DNA of 64,000 nt from Anaeromyxobacter sp. GTDB lineage: Bacteria > Myxococcota > Myxococcia > Myxococcales > Anaeromyxobacteraceae. Position 1 is the stretch's first letter. Every line of letters starts with the position of its first letter. Below, piece by piece: positions 12,582 through 22,466 of the stretch. Position numbers and translations under genes: made by a program. The notes beneath the pieces are model-generated. The model made no database searches and was not told where the DNA came from. It worked only from the letters and a program-made list of their open reading frames with translations. The stretch spans positions 448,001 to 512,000 of the forward strand of contig JASGJN010000020.1 of assembly GCA_049840735.1 (NCBI GenBank), in the 5' to 3' direction.

Positions 12582-13213
12582 GCGACGCGGAGCTGGTGCT
12601 GGTGGTCGACGACGACGCCGCGGTGCGCACCGGGCTGGCGAGGCTGCTCGCCGCCTCCGGCCTGGCGGTGGAGACCTTCGCCTCGGGGCGGGCGCTGCTG
12701 GCCCGGCTGCCGCAGGTCACGGTCCCCTGCTGCGTGCTGAGCGACGTGCGGATGCCCGGCATGGATGGGCTGGCGCTGCAGCAGGCGGCGACCCCCGGCG
12801 GCGCGGTCTTCGTCTTCCTGACCGGGCACGCAGACGTGTCCACCGCGGTCCAGGCGCTGAAGGCGGGCGCGGTCGATCTGCTGCAGAAGCCCGCGCAGGC
12901 CGGCGCGCTCCTCCCTGCGGTCCGGGCGGCGCTGGCGCGCGCGCGCGACCGGTCGTCCCTGCGCCACCGCGTGGACGGCCTGCGCGCCCGCTACGCCACC
13001 CTCACGCCGCGCGAGCGGCAGGTGTTCGCGCTGGTCACCTCCGGCCTGCTCAACAAGCAGGTCGGCTACGCGCTGGGCACCTCCGAGAAGACGGTCAAGG
13101 TGCAGCGCGGGCGGGTCTTCGAGAAGATGGCCGCGGGCTCGCTGGCCGAGCTGGTGCGCATGGCCGACGCCCTGCAGCTCGAGCCGTCTGCCGGCGCTGG
13201 CGCGCCGGCCTAG
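12578..13213 (+). CDS. FixJ-family response regulator (receiver plus LuxR HTH)
   Basis: [41 protein letters not shown] overlap with the kinase stop. Confidence 0.92.
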   Translation: MSDAELVLVVDDDAAVRTGLARLLAASGLAVETFASGRALLARLPQVTVPCCVLSDVRMPGMDGLALQQAATPGGAVFVFLTGHADVSTAVQALKAGAVDLLQKPAQAGALLPAVRAALARARDRSSLRHRVDGLRARYATLTPRERQVFALVTSGLLNKQVGYALGTSEKTVKVQRGRVFEKMAAGSLAELVRMADALQLEPSAGAGAPA

Positions 13214-14604
13214 AACGCCTCGCCGGCCCCCAGGTAGAACCCGAGCGACCGCTGGCCCGCCGCCAGGTCCAGCCGCAGCGCGGTGCGGGACTGGCGCAGC
13301 AGCATGAGCCTCAGCCCGCCCCCGGCCGCCACCCGGACCGCGTCGAAGAGCTTCTCGCCGCGCTCGGAGTAGCCGTACTCGGGCAGCTCCACCGCGGGGC
13401 GCGCGTAGGACTGGAGGCTGGAGAAGAGCGTCCCGCCCCAGAGGCCGTCGTCGGTGATCCGGAAGCGCCACTCCACCTCGCCGTAGGCCATGGACGTCCC
13501 GCGGAACCGCCCCTGCACGTAGCCGCGCCCGCTGGTGCTGCGCGCGTCCCAGCCGCTGGAGGGCAGCGCCAGGTAGGGCAGCCGCCCGCTGGTGACGCCG
13601 GACGCCATGGCCCAGAAGGCCAGCACGTTGCGCGGGTCCTCCGCGCGCAGCCCGAGGTACCAGCGCCCCTCGACGGAGACCAGCGTGGCGGAGCGGTCGC
13701 TGCCCAGCCAGGTCGGGTAACCGGTGAAGCGCAGGTGGCCGTACCAGCCCCGGTAGGCGGCGATGGTGGAGTCGCGCGAGTCGGAGACGGCCTCCAGGCT
13801 GAGACCGGAGGCGGTGTAGCCGGCGGGGTCGAATCCCTTCATCAGGCTGTAGGCGTAGTGGCTGGTCAGCACAGCGGGCGTGGCGGCGGGATCGAGCCGG
13901 TGGTCCACCACGTGCGTGTAGCGATCCAGCCGGTAGCCCGCGCCCAGGTAGACGCTGCCCTTCACGCGCCGGAGCGCGCTCTGGTGGAAGCGCAGCAGGT
14001 CGAAGTCCATCGGCTGCGCGCCGTCCACCTCGGCCAGGTCTCCCCAGCCGTTGAGCGTGATGCCGTCCTGCAGCGGCGTGGAGCTCGTGCCCAGGCCGTA
14101 GGTGTCCTGGTTGAAGATCAGGTAGCGCCAGTCGGCCAGCAGCTCCCAGGTGTTCCCGGGCAGCAGCGCGGTGGCGGCGAGCTGCACGATCACCTGGTTC
14201 TTGGTGGTGTAGAGCAGCGTGGCGGTGGCGCTGGAGATGGTGGTGTCGCGCCCGTCGCCCAGCAGCATGCCGGCCGTGCCGGCGAGGCCGAAGAGCACGC
14301 CGGAGGACGGCGAGTAGCCGATGGCCGGCACTCCCGCCACGAGCGGCACCAGCGTCTCGGGCGCCTGCGGCGCGCCCTGCTTGAGCCCCAGCACGTTGAA
14401 GATGTCGCGCCGGTCGGCGTAGGGCTGGCAGCGCCCGTCGATGCAGACGTTCCCCTGCCCCAGGCTGGCGGCGCAGGCCGCGCTCCCGGTGCACGGGAGG
14501 GCCTCGTTCCCTCCAGCGGGATCGCCGGCCGCGGCGGCGCCCGGGAGGAGCGCCAGCGCGACGGCCACCCCGGCCAGCGCGGCCGCCGTTCGGCGCGAGG
14601 TCAC
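13210..14604 (-). CDS. Omp85/BamA-TamA-family surface-antigen beta-barrel lacking POTRA domains
   Basis: Signal peptide, [11 protein letters not shown] (VRGY-like motif), terminal FYLGAGEAF beta-signal; GTG start overlaps the upstream stop. Confidence 0.8.
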   Translation of the reverse strand: MTSRRTAAALAGVAVALALLPGAAAAGDPAGGNEALPCTGSAACAASLGQGNVCIDGRCQPYADRRDIFNVLGLKQGAPQAPETLVPLVAGVPAIGYSPSSGVLFGLAGTAGMLLGDGRDTTISSATATLLYTTKNQVIVQLAATALLPGNTWELLADWRYLIFNQDTYGLGTSSTPLQDGITLNGWGDLAEVDGAQPMDFDLLRFHQSALRRVKGSVYLGAGYRLDRYTHVVDHRLDPAATPAVLTSHYAYSLMKGFDPAGYTASGLSLEAVSDSRDSTIAAYRGWYGHLRFTGYPTWLGSDRSATLVSVEGRWYLGLRAEDPRNVLAFWAMASGVTSGRLPYLALPSSGWDARSTSGRGYVQGRFRGTSMAYGEVEWRFRITDDGLWGGTLFSSLQSYARPAVELPEYGYSERGEKLFDAVRVAAGGGLRLMLLRQSRTALRLDLAAGQRSLGFYLGAGEAF

Positions 14605-15491
14605 GGTCCCCCGGGACCCGCGGCGGGCGCCGGCGCCGGCCGCGGCGCGTCCCAGCGCTGCTTGTAGGTGGCGCGGGTCCGCTCCACCGCCTCGGGGTCG
14701 AGGCTGCCGGAGATGAGCTTCCGGACCGCGAAGCCGACCAGCTTGTACTCGTCGGCGCAGGTCTCGGCGCGGTCCCTGGGCAGGTAGCCCTTCTCCACCA
14801 GCCCCGCGTACGCCTGCGCGTCGGCGCCGTAGGCCATGCAGAGCACGTTGTAGAGCCGCTGCGCGTCCAGCCCGTGCACGTCCGCGAAATCGCTCTCGTC
14901 CGCCGCGCGCGCCTCCGCGTCGTGCTTGTACATCCAGGCCGTGCCGGCCAGCGTCCGCCGCGCCACGCCGGTGCCCGCCCGCAGCAGCACGTAGGCGGCC
15001 ACCTGGTCCGCCGCGTCCTCCTCGCGCCCCAGCACCGGGACCTGGAGCAGGTCGAACAGCGCGTGGCTCACCTCGTGGAGCATCACGAAGACCACCGGGC
15101 CGTCGGCCGCGTCCTCGCGCACGATGCCGTACTTCGCGGCCCCCTCCGCGGCGGCGTCGAACTCGGCCACCAGCTCGTAGCAGAACGTGACCTCGTGCGT
15201 CTCCACGTCGTACCAGGCGTTGGAGGTGCCCTCGCAGCTGGCGAAGCGCAGCGTCAGCGGGCGCGGCAGGCGGACCGTCCCGACGATGTCGGCGAACGTC
15301 TCGAGGACCTTTCGCTCGCGCAGGTGGGCCCGGAACCGCTCGTGGGCCGGGTCGGTCGGGGCGTCGTAGGCGAAGCGGACCTGCTTCTGCTTCGGCTGGC
15401 TGGTGCCGGCCGGCGCCGCCGGCTTCGCGGGGGGCGCGGCCGCGGCCAGAGGGGCGGCCAGCAGCGCGGCCAGCAGCGCGGCGCGCCTCAC
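14601..15491 (-). CDS. DUF4344-family secreted metallopeptidase
   Basis: Signal peptide, NAWY, CYEL, HEVSH (HExxH), EEDAADQ, DVHGLDAQRLYNVLCMAYG. Confidence 0.85.
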   Translation of the reverse strand: MRRAALLAALLAAPLAAAAPPAKPAAPAGTSQPKQKQVRFAYDAPTDPAHERFRAHLRERKVLETFADIVGTVRLPRPLTLRFASCEGTSNAWYDVETHEVTFCYELVAEFDAAAEGAAKYGIVREDAADGPVVFVMLHEVSHALFDLLQVPVLGREEDAADQVAAYVLLRAGTGVARRTLAGTAWMYKHDAEARAADESDFADVHGLDAQRLYNVLCMAYGADAQAYAGLVEKGYLPRDRAETCADEYKLVGFAVRKLISGSLDPEAVERTRATYKQRWDAPRPAPAPAAGPGGP

Positions 15492-16003
15492 AGCCCCACC
15501 GCCTTCTTGCACGCGCTGGAGAGCTTCTGCGCCTGCCCGCGCAGGCAGAGCACCACGCGCCCGCCGCCGGGCGCCACCCCTGGGCAGAGGTTGGCCGCAT
15601 CCGTGGCGCAGGCGCGGCCGTAGACGCGGGCCTTCTCCAGCGCGGTCGAGACCGCCTCCTCGCAGGGCGTGGAGAGCTCGCTCCGGCCCAGGTGGCTGGA
15701 GAGGCAGGCCACCACCCGCCCCTCGCCCGGCGTCACCCGCGGGCAGTACCGCCACACGTCCCCTCCGCAGCGCGCGCTGAACTCGCCGGCCCGGCGCTGC
15801 ACCTCCTGGATGTTCCGCTGGCAGGCGGTGGAGAGCTGGAGCTGGTTGCGGAGCAGGCAGTCCCAGAGCTGCCCGCCCTCGGCCGGGGTCCCGGGGCAGA
15901 GCCGGGCGGCGTCCGTGGTGCAGGGCGTGTCGGCGCGGGTCGGCGCGGCCGCGAGCGCCACCACGGCGGCGGCCAGGGCGAGGAGGAGCGTTGAGCGGCG
16001 CAT
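15488..16003 (-). CDS. Secreted cysteine-rich repeat protein (GLG1/Cys-rich-like repeats)
   Basis: Signal peptide and three repeats of C-x2-D-x4-C-P-x-V/T-x-P/A-G-x-G...CL...LS-x2-C. Confidence 0.8.
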   Translation of the reverse strand: MRRSTLLLALAAAVVALAAAPTRADTPCTTDAARLCPGTPAEGGQLWDCLLRNQLQLSTACQRNIQEVQRRAGEFSARCGGDVWRYCPRVTPGEGRVVACLSSHLGRSELSTPCEEAVSTALEKARVYGRACATDAANLCPGVAPGGGRVVLCLRGQAQKLSSACKKAVGL

Positions 16004-16211
16004 GGGGGACCCCTGGGCTGACGGTGAACCACCTTCGCGCGCGCCCTGCCGCCGGGCCAGACGACCAAGGTCCAGCCCCGCGCGGGAAGGCGTGCCGCCC
16101 GGGAAGGATACCTCGATCGGGAGATGGAGGATTGCGCCCTTGGTCCAGTTTCACCCGGAGCGTCGAAGCGGTAAGCCGGAGCAGTTCCAGCCATCTCCGG
16201 AGGAGGTCCAC

Positions 16212-16952
16212 ATGCGTAGGACGATCGTGGTCGGTGCGGCGCTGCTGCTCGGCGCCTCGGGGTGCGTCTCCTCGAGCAAGTTCGAGAAGAAGGAGGCGGA
16301 GGCCACCGCCAGCGCGGCGGCTGCCAAGGAGGCCGGCGAGAAGGCCGCGGCCTGCGAGGCCAAGCTCAAGACCGTCTCGGACGAGCTGACCGCCAGCACG
16401 CAGGCGAAGGACGAGCTGCAGGTGAAGATGACGTCGCTGCAGGAGGAGAAGGACACGGCCGTCGCCAAGAGCGCCCAGTACGAGCAGCTGGCCAGCTCGC
16501 TCCAGAAGGAGATCCAGGCCGGCCAGGTCGAGGTCACCGAGCTCAAGGGCAAGATGATCGTGAAGCTGAAGGACAAGATCCTCTTCCCCTCCGGCTCGGC
16601 CAGGCTGAACAGGGAGGGGCGCGAGGCGCTCGACCGCGTGGCCGACGCCTTCAAGGACGTGAAGGCCAAGAACGTCCTGGTGGCCGGCTTCACCGACGAC
16701 GTCCGCGTGGCCGCCAACCTCCCGTTCAAGGACAACTGGGAGCTCTCGGCGGCGCGCGCCACCGCCGTGGTCCGCTACCTGGCCTCCAAGGGCGTGCCGC
16801 CCGTCATGCTCGGCGCGGCCGGGTTCGGTGAGTTCCGCCCGGTGGCCCCCAACGACTCGCCGGCCAACCGCAGCCTCAACCGCCGCATCGAGATCGCCCT
16901 CACCCCGGCCGACTACACGCCGCCGGAGGTGGACGCGGCCGCCACGAAGTGA
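16212..16952 (+). CDS. OmpA/MotB-family peptidoglycan-binding lipoprotein with coiled coil
   Basis: GGAGG Shine-Dalgarno, lipobox ASGC, ILFPSGSA, GFTD, NWELSAARA, NRRIEI. Confidence 0.9.
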   Translation: MRRTIVVGAALLLGASGCVSSSKFEKKEAEATASAAAAKEAGEKAAACEAKLKTVSDELTASTQAKDELQVKMTSLQEEKDTAVAKSAQYEQLASSLQKEIQAGQVEVTELKGKMIVKLKDKILFPSGSARLNREGREALDRVADAFKDVKAKNVLVAGFTDDVRVAANLPFKDNWELSAARATAVVRYLASKGVPPVMLGAAGFGEFRPVAPNDSPANRSLNRRIEIALTPADYTPPEVDAAATK

Positions 16953-17103
16953 CCGCCGACCGGGCCTCGCCGCAAGCGCTCCCCGCGCCCGGCGAGGCCC
17001 CGCCTCTCCGCCGACGGTAGCCCCAAGGTCCAATTCTCGCGCCCCCCGGGACGCGAGAAGACTCCCCCACCGCTCGGGAGCCCTCTCCCGCTGGAGGCCC
17101 AGA

Positions 17104-17703
17104 ATGAGATCCCATCGTCACCTGTGGGTGCTGGTCGCCGCGCTCGTCGCCGGCTGCGGCGACTACGGCGCGCCCGACTCGGTGGTGTACGGCACGGCCG
17201 TCTACACCCAGCCCAAGCCCGGGTTCGACTTCAACCAGGACCTGACCTCGAACGCCTACTTCCTCGATCCGCTGCTCAAGATCCAGGAGGACCAGGAGTC
17301 CACCACCCAGGATCTGCCGGCCAACGTGGCCGCGGCCATCAACACCCAGCTGCAGGCGCTGGGCTACACGCCCGTGGACACCCTGGGCGCCGCCGCGGTC
17401 GGCGTGAAGGTCTCGGTGCTCAAGGGCACCGGCACCGTCTGGTACCCGGGGTACTGGTGTGACTACTGGTACGCCTACTACGGCTGCTACTACGACTGGT
17501 ACTACGCCGGCAGCTACAAGTTCGGCACCGTGATCCTGGAGATGGGCGACCTCACCGCGCCGGACAACGGCAAGCTCCCCATCCTCTGGCTGAGCGCCAT
17601 CTACGGCGTCGCGACCACGCCCACCAACGACTCGCAGCGCGTGGTGGACGGGATCGACCGGGCCTTCGCGCAGTCGGCGTCCTACCTGAAGCTCACCCCG
17701 TGA
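17104..17703 (+). CDS. DUF4136-like lipoprotein
   Basis: Lipobox VAGC, Tyr/Trp-rich insert, SYKFGTVILEM, IDRAFAQS-x-YL. Confidence 0.75.
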   Translation: MRSHRHLWVLVAALVAGCGDYGAPDSVVYGTAVYTQPKPGFDFNQDLTSNAYFLDPLLKIQEDQESTTQDLPANVAAAINTQLQALGYTPVDTLGAAAVGVKVSVLKGTGTVWYPGYWCDYWYAYYGCYYDWYYAGSYKFGTVILEMGDLTAPDNGKLPILWLSAIYGVATTPTNDSQRVVDGIDRAFAQSASYLKLTP

Positions 17704-17714
17704 GGACGACCGCC

Positions 17715-18347
17715 ATGAAGACCACGCTTGCCCGCGCCGCCGTCCTCCTCGGAGCCCTGCTGGCCGCCGGCGCCGCCCGCGCCCAGGACTACCGCTCCTA
17801 CCGGCCGCAGCAGAGCCTCTACATCTTCAACTACGAGATCTCGAAGGGCGTCGGCTCCTTCGGCGACTTCATCGACGCCACCAGCTACCGCGGCTTCTCC
17901 TTCGAGGCCCGCTCGATGGTGCGGGACAGCTTCTCGGCCGGCATCGGCGTCACCTGGAACCGGTTCGACCAGACGGTGGACGCCACCCGCACCTACCCGA
18001 ACGGCGGACAGCTCACCGGGCCGTCCTACCGGTACGCCGACCAGCTCGCCATCAAGGGGCTGTTCCACGCCTACCTGGGCCAGGGCGCGCTGCGGCCGTA
18101 CCTGGGCGTCGGGCTGGGCGGCGTCTGGAACTACTCCTACTCGCAGATGGCCGACTTCGCCTCCGCCGACAACGGCTTCGAGTTCATCGCCAGCCCGGAG
18201 GTGGGGCTCACCTTCACGCTCGCCAAGGGAGCCAGCAGCGCCGGCATCAACCTCGCCCTCCGCTACAACTGGACCACCGCCGACTTCCAGTCGGTCAACG
18301 ACGCCCAGAGCGTGGCGCTGGCCATCGGCTTCTTCGGCTCGTACTGA
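17715..18347 (+). CDS. Outer-membrane beta-barrel protein (OmpA/OmpW-like membrane domain)
   Basis: Signal peptide, RPYLGVGLGG strand, aromatic C-terminus; follows the DUF4136 gene closely (alternative GTG start at 17700). Confidence 0.8.
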   Translation: MKTTLARAAVLLGALLAAGAARAQDYRSYRPQQSLYIFNYEISKGVGSFGDFIDATSYRGFSFEARSMVRDSFSAGIGVTWNRFDQTVDATRTYPNGGQLTGPSYRYADQLAIKGLFHAYLGQGALRPYLGVGLGGVWNYSYSQMADFASADNGFEFIASPEVGLTFTLAKGASSAGINLALRYNWTTADFQSVNDAQSVALAIGFFGSY

Positions 18348-18368
18348 GCGGACGCCGCGAGCGCTGTT

Positions 18369-18401
18369 CGACGGGGGCCCTTCGCGGCCCCCGTCGTACT
18401 T
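18369..18401 (+). terminator. Hairpin, possible intrinsic terminator
   Basis: CGACGGGGGCC-CTTCGC-GGCCCCCGTCG 11-bp stem followed by TACTT, about 20 nt after the stop. Confidence 0.5.
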
Positions 18402-18484
18402 CAGCCCGCCCGCCCCATACACCCGCTTGGGGAGCGCCCAAGGTCGCCTTCCCCTTCGAGGCGTTCCAGGGCTCTCCTCGCCCC

Positions 18485-20809
18485 ATGAGAACCATCGCCT
18501 TCGTCGCGCTGGCGGCGCTCGCCGCCACCGCTGGCGCCCAGCAACCCTCCGCCCCGCAGTGGCCGCGCGCCATCGAGACCCCCAAGGGCTCGCTGGTGGT
18601 CTACCAGCCCCAGCTCGAGAAGCTCGAGGGCGTGCAGCTGACCGGCCGCTCTGCCGCCTCCTGGCAGGCGAAGGACGCCGCCGCCCCCATCTTCGGCGTC
18701 TTCTGGTTCGACGCGCGGGTGCTGGTGGACAAGGAGCAGCGCACCGTCCACGCCGAGCAGGTGACCGTCACCAAGGTCCGCTTCCCCAACATCACCAAGG
18801 AGCAGGAGGGCGCGGTCGCCAGGGTGATCGAGGAGGAGATCCCGAAGTGGGACGTGACCGGCTCGCTGGACGACATCCAGGCGGCCGTGGCGGTGACGCA
18901 GCAGGAGCGCAAGAGCGAGGAGGGGCTCTCGGTCACGCCGCCGAAGCTGATCTTCTCCACCGACCCCGCCATCCTGCTCCTCTACGACGGTGAGCCGGCG
19001 CTGCGGCCGGTGCAGGACACCGGCCTCGAGCGCGCGGTCAACACGCCGCTCTTCGTGGTCAAGGACCCGGCCGCCGGGAAGGTGTTCCTGGGCGGCGGCG
19101 CGGTCTGGTACGAGGCCAACGATCCCAAGGGGCCCTGGGCCCCGGGCGCCACGCCCACGCCACCGGTGAAGGAGCTGTTCGAGAAGAGCAAGCCGCCGGA
19201 GCAGCCGGCCGCCGACGGCGCCCCGAAGCCCGCCCCCGCCTCAGCGAAGACCGGGGAGGCCCCGCCCCGCATCATCGTCGCCACCCAGCCCACCGAGCTG
19301 GTCAGCTTCGACGGCAAGCCGAGCTACGCGCCGGTGGACAAGGAGGGCAGCCTCCTCTACGCCGACAACACCGACGGCCGGGTGCTGGTGAGCGTCACCA
19401 CCAACGAGACCTTCGTCCTCATCTCCGGGCGCTGGTACAAGGCCACCTCGCTCGACGGTCCGTGGACCCCGGTCCGGCCCGATCGCCTGCCGCCCACCTT
19501 CCGCACCATCCCGCCGGAGTCTCCCATCGCGGACGTGCGCGCGTTCGTGACCGGCACCGACGAGGCCAAGGACGCGCTGGCCGACAGCCAGATCCCGCAG
19601 ACCACGGCGGTGAAGCGCGACCAGACGGTGGAGGTCACCTACGACGGCGAGCCCAAGTTCAAGGAGATCGAGGGGACGGGGATGGCCTACGCGGTCAACA
19701 CCGCCTTCTCCGTGATCCGCGACAGCGGGCAGTACTGGGTCTGCCACCAGGGCGTCTGGTACGTCTCGGCCTCGCCCAAGGGGCCGTGGAAGGTCAGCGA
19801 CCGGCGGCCGCCCTCCATCGACAAGGTCCCGGCCACCTCGCCCGTCTACAACACCAAGTACGTCTACGTGTACGACACCACGCCCGAGGTGGTGTACGTG
19901 GGCTACCTGCCCGGCTACACCGGGGTCTACCCGTACTACGGGACCGTGGTCTACGGCACCGGCTACTACTACCCGCCGTACATCGGCCCGGTGTACTGCT
20001 ACCCGCGCCCAGCCACCTTCGGCGTGCACGTCAGCTACAGCCCCTGGGGCGGCTGGGGCGTGGGCGTCAGCTACGGCACGCCCTACTTCTCGGTCGGCAT
20101 CCACTTCGGCGGCTACGGCGGCTACTACGGCCCAGCCGGCTACCGCCCGCCCTACCCGCCGGCCTACGGCTACCGCCCGCCGCCCCCCGGCTACCGGCCG
20201 CCGCCCGGTCGCTACCCCGGCGGCGGCTATCCGAGCACGCGCCCGCCGGCTGGCGGCGTGGGGGGTGTCGGCGGTGTCGGCGGTGTCGGCGGTGTCGGCG
20301 GCGTCGGTGCCGTAGGCGGCGTCGGTGCCGTCGGTGGCGTGGGCGGCGTCGGCGGCCCGGGTGGTGTCGGCGGTGCGGGCGGTGTCGGCGGTCCGGGCGG
20401 CCCCGGGAATCGCCCGTCCACCGGCGGGCCGCGGCCCAGCACGCAGCCCTCGAACAACATCTACAACCGGCCGGAGAACTCCAACCGCAACGCCGCGCCG
20501 CGCGCCTCCAACCGCCAGCAGCCCTCGGTCTCGACCCAGCCCAACAACGTCTACGGCGATCGCAACGGCAACGTGTACCGCCAGAACGACAAGGGCGGCT
20601 TCGACCGGAACACGAGCGGCGGCTGGCAGGGCGATCGCGGCGGCGGCGCCTCCGCGCGCGACGCGGGCCGCGGCGGCTCCTCCTCCAGCCTGAACCGCGA
20701 CGCCTCCGCCCGCAGCCGCAGCAGCGGCGGCAGCTACGGCGGGGGCCGCGGGGGTGGCTACGGCGGCGGCCGAGGTGGCGGCGGGGGGAGAGGCGGCGGG
20801 CGCCGCTAG
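18485..20809 (+). CDS. Large secreted uncharacterised protein with Tyr/Pro/Gly/Arg low-complexity C-terminus
   Basis: Signal peptide, repeated W-Y...GPW modules, GYxP-rich segment, (GGV)n tract, RGG tail. Confidence 0.85.
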   Translation: MRTIAFVALAALAATAGAQQPSAPQWPRAIETPKGSLVVYQPQLEKLEGVQLTGRSAASWQAKDAAAPIFGVFWFDARVLVDKEQRTVHAEQVTVTKVRFPNITKEQEGAVARVIEEEIPKWDVTGSLDDIQAAVAVTQQERKSEEGLSVTPPKLIFSTDPAILLLYDGEPALRPVQDTGLERAVNTPLFVVKDPAAGKVFLGGGAVWYEANDPKGPWAPGATPTPPVKELFEKSKPPEQPAADGAPKPAPASAKTGEAPPRIIVATQPTELVSFDGKPSYAPVDKEGSLLYADNTDGRVLVSVTTNETFVLISGRWYKATSLDGPWTPVRPDRLPPTFRTIPPESPIADVRAFVTGTDEAKDALADSQIPQTTAVKRDQTVEVTYDGEPKFKEIEGTGMAYAVNTAFSVIRDSGQYWVCHQGVWYVSASPKGPWKVSDRRPPSIDKVPATSPVYNTKYVYVYDTTPEVVYVGYLPGYTGVYPYYGTVVYGTGYYYPPYIGPVYCYPRPATFGVHVSYSPWGGWGVGVSYGTPYFSVGIHFGGYGGYYGPAGYRPPYPPAYGYRPPPPGYRPPPGRYPGGGYPSTRPPAGGVGGVGGVGGVGGVGGVGAVGGVGAVGGVGGVGGPGGVGGAGGVGGPGGPGNRPSTGGPRPSTQPSNNIYNRPENSNRNAAPRASNRQQPSVSTQPNNVYGDRNGNVYRQNDKGGFDRNTSGGWQGDRGGGASARDAGRGGSSSSLNRDASARSRSSGGSYGGGRGGGYGGGRGGGGGRGGGRR
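20252..20407 (+). repeat. Coding 9-bp tandem repeat (GGCGGTGTC-like) encoding (GGV/GAV/GGP)n
   Basis: About 17 degenerate tripeptide units in frame. Confidence 0.85.
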
Positions 20810-20887
20810 CGCAGCGTGAAACCGCGCGCCCTCCGCCGGGGCGCGCGGCCTCGACCGGCGGCCCGCGGCGGAGCAGGGAGCATCCCC

Positions 20888-22372
20888 ATGTCGCCTGGTC
20901 CGTGGCCCCGCCATCCAATCCTCTACGAGGTCAACACCTGGGCCTGGCTGGGCGAGGTCTCCGCCCGCGCCGGGCGCGCCGTGGGGCTGGGCGAGGTGCC
21001 CGAGGCGGAGTGGGACGCGCTGGCGGCCTGGAGCGCAGACGCCGTCTGGCTGATGGGGGTCTGGGAGCGGAGCCCGGAGGGGCGGCGCATCGCCCTGGCC
21101 GACCCCGGGCTGGTCCGCAGCTTCGGCGAGGCGCTGCCGGACCTGCGCCCGGAGGCGGACGTGGTGGGGTCGCCCTACTGCGTCCGCCGCTACGTGGTGG
21201 ACGCGCGGCTGGGCGGGCCGGCCGGGCTGGCCGCGGCGCGGGCGCAGCTGGCGCGGCGCGGGATCCGGCTGATGCTGGACCTGGTCCCCAACCACGTGGC
21301 GCCCGACCACCCCTGGACGCGCGAGGCGCCGGACCGCTTCGTGCGCGGCACCGCCGCCGACCTTGGTGCACGCCCCCAGGACTTCCTGCGGGTGGGCGAC
21401 GACGTCTTCGCCCGCGGCCGCGACCCGCACTCCCCGCCCTGGCCGGACGTGCTGCAGCTGAACGCCTTCGCGCCGACGTATCGGCGCGCGCTGGCCGGCA
21501 CGTTGGCGGAGATCGCGGGCCAGTGCGACGGGGTCCGGACCGACATGGCCATGCTGCTGCTCAACCGGATCTTCGCCGCCACCTGGGGAGAGCGGGCCGG
21601 CCCGGCGCCGGCGCGCGAGCTCTGGGAGGAGGTCCTGGGCGAGGTGAGGCGGCGCTTCCCGGGGTTCCGCGTGGTGGCGGAGGCGTACTGGGACACGGAG
21701 TTCGAGCTGCAGCAGCTCGGCTTCGACGCCTGCTACGACAAGCGGCTCCATGACCGCCTGGTCGAAGGCGCCGGCGAGGCGGTCATGCAGCACCTCTCTG
21801 CCGCGCTCCACTACCAGGAGCGGCTGGTGCGCTTCACCGAGAACCACGACGAGCCGCGCGCGGCGGCGGCGCTGGGCGCGCGGTCCCGCGCCGCGGCGTT
21901 GGCGGTGGCCACGCTGCCAGGGGACCGGCTCTTCCACGAGGGCCAGGCCGAGGGGCGCAAGGTGCGCCTGCCAGTGTTCCTGGGCCGCCGGCCGGACGAG
22001 CCGATCGACCTCGGGCTGGCCGACTTCCACCGCCGCCTGCTGGCCGAGGCCGCGCTGCCGGTCTACCGCGAGGGCCGGTTCGCGACCTGCCGCCTCACGG
22101 GCTGGGACGACAACCGCAGCTTCCAGCGCCTGGCGGCGTGGTGCTGGGTCCACGCGGACGAACGCCGGCTGGTGGTGGTCAACCTGGGCGCGGAGCGGGC
22201 CCAGGCCCTGGTGCAGCTTCCCTGGCCGGAGCTGGCGCGGCAGGGGTGCCGGCTGCAGGAGCGGCTCGACAGCCGGGCCTACGAGCGGGCCGGGTCCGAT
22301 CTGGCCGGCCCCGGGCTCTACGTGGACCTGGAGGCGGGAGGCTGGCACCTCCTGTCGGTCGCGTGCACCTGA
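20888..22372 (+). CDS. GH13 alpha-amylase-family glycosidase
   Basis: LDLVPNH, DGVRTDMA (nucleophile), VAEAYW (acid/base), ENHDE. Confidence 0.92.
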   Translation: MSPGPWPRHPILYEVNTWAWLGEVSARAGRAVGLGEVPEAEWDALAAWSADAVWLMGVWERSPEGRRIALADPGLVRSFGEALPDLRPEADVVGSPYCVRRYVVDARLGGPAGLAAARAQLARRGIRLMLDLVPNHVAPDHPWTREAPDRFVRGTAADLGARPQDFLRVGDDVFARGRDPHSPPWPDVLQLNAFAPTYRRALAGTLAEIAGQCDGVRTDMAMLLLNRIFAATWGERAGPAPARELWEEVLGEVRRRFPGFRVVAEAYWDTEFELQQLGFDACYDKRLHDRLVEGAGEAVMQHLSAALHYQERLVRFTENHDEPRAAAALGARSRAAALAVATLPGDRLFHEGQAEGRKVRLPVFLGRRPDEPIDLGLADFHRRLLAEAALPVYREGRFATCRLTGWDDNRSFQRLAAWCWVHADERRLVVVNLGAERAQALVQLPWPELARQGCRLQERLDSRAYERAGSDLAGPGLYVDLEAGGWHLLSVACT

Positions 22373-22466
22373 GCCGGCTGGCGGCGCTGGCGGTGGCGGC
22401 CCCGGCGGCCTCGGACGAGGGCGACCACCAGGCTGCGCCCGCCACGGCGCCCGCATGCCACCCCGC

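Noticed and set aside
10835..13213. 792-aa hybrid kinase-regulator ORF
   Set aside because: The middle is out-of-frame sequence caused by the indel near 11950; the kinase and FixJ-type gene are separate with an ATGA overlap
16212..16952. Flagellar or gliding stator MotB
   Set aside because: It has a lipobox instead of the TM helix with conserved Asp and there is no motA neighbour, so it is left as OmpA/MotB family
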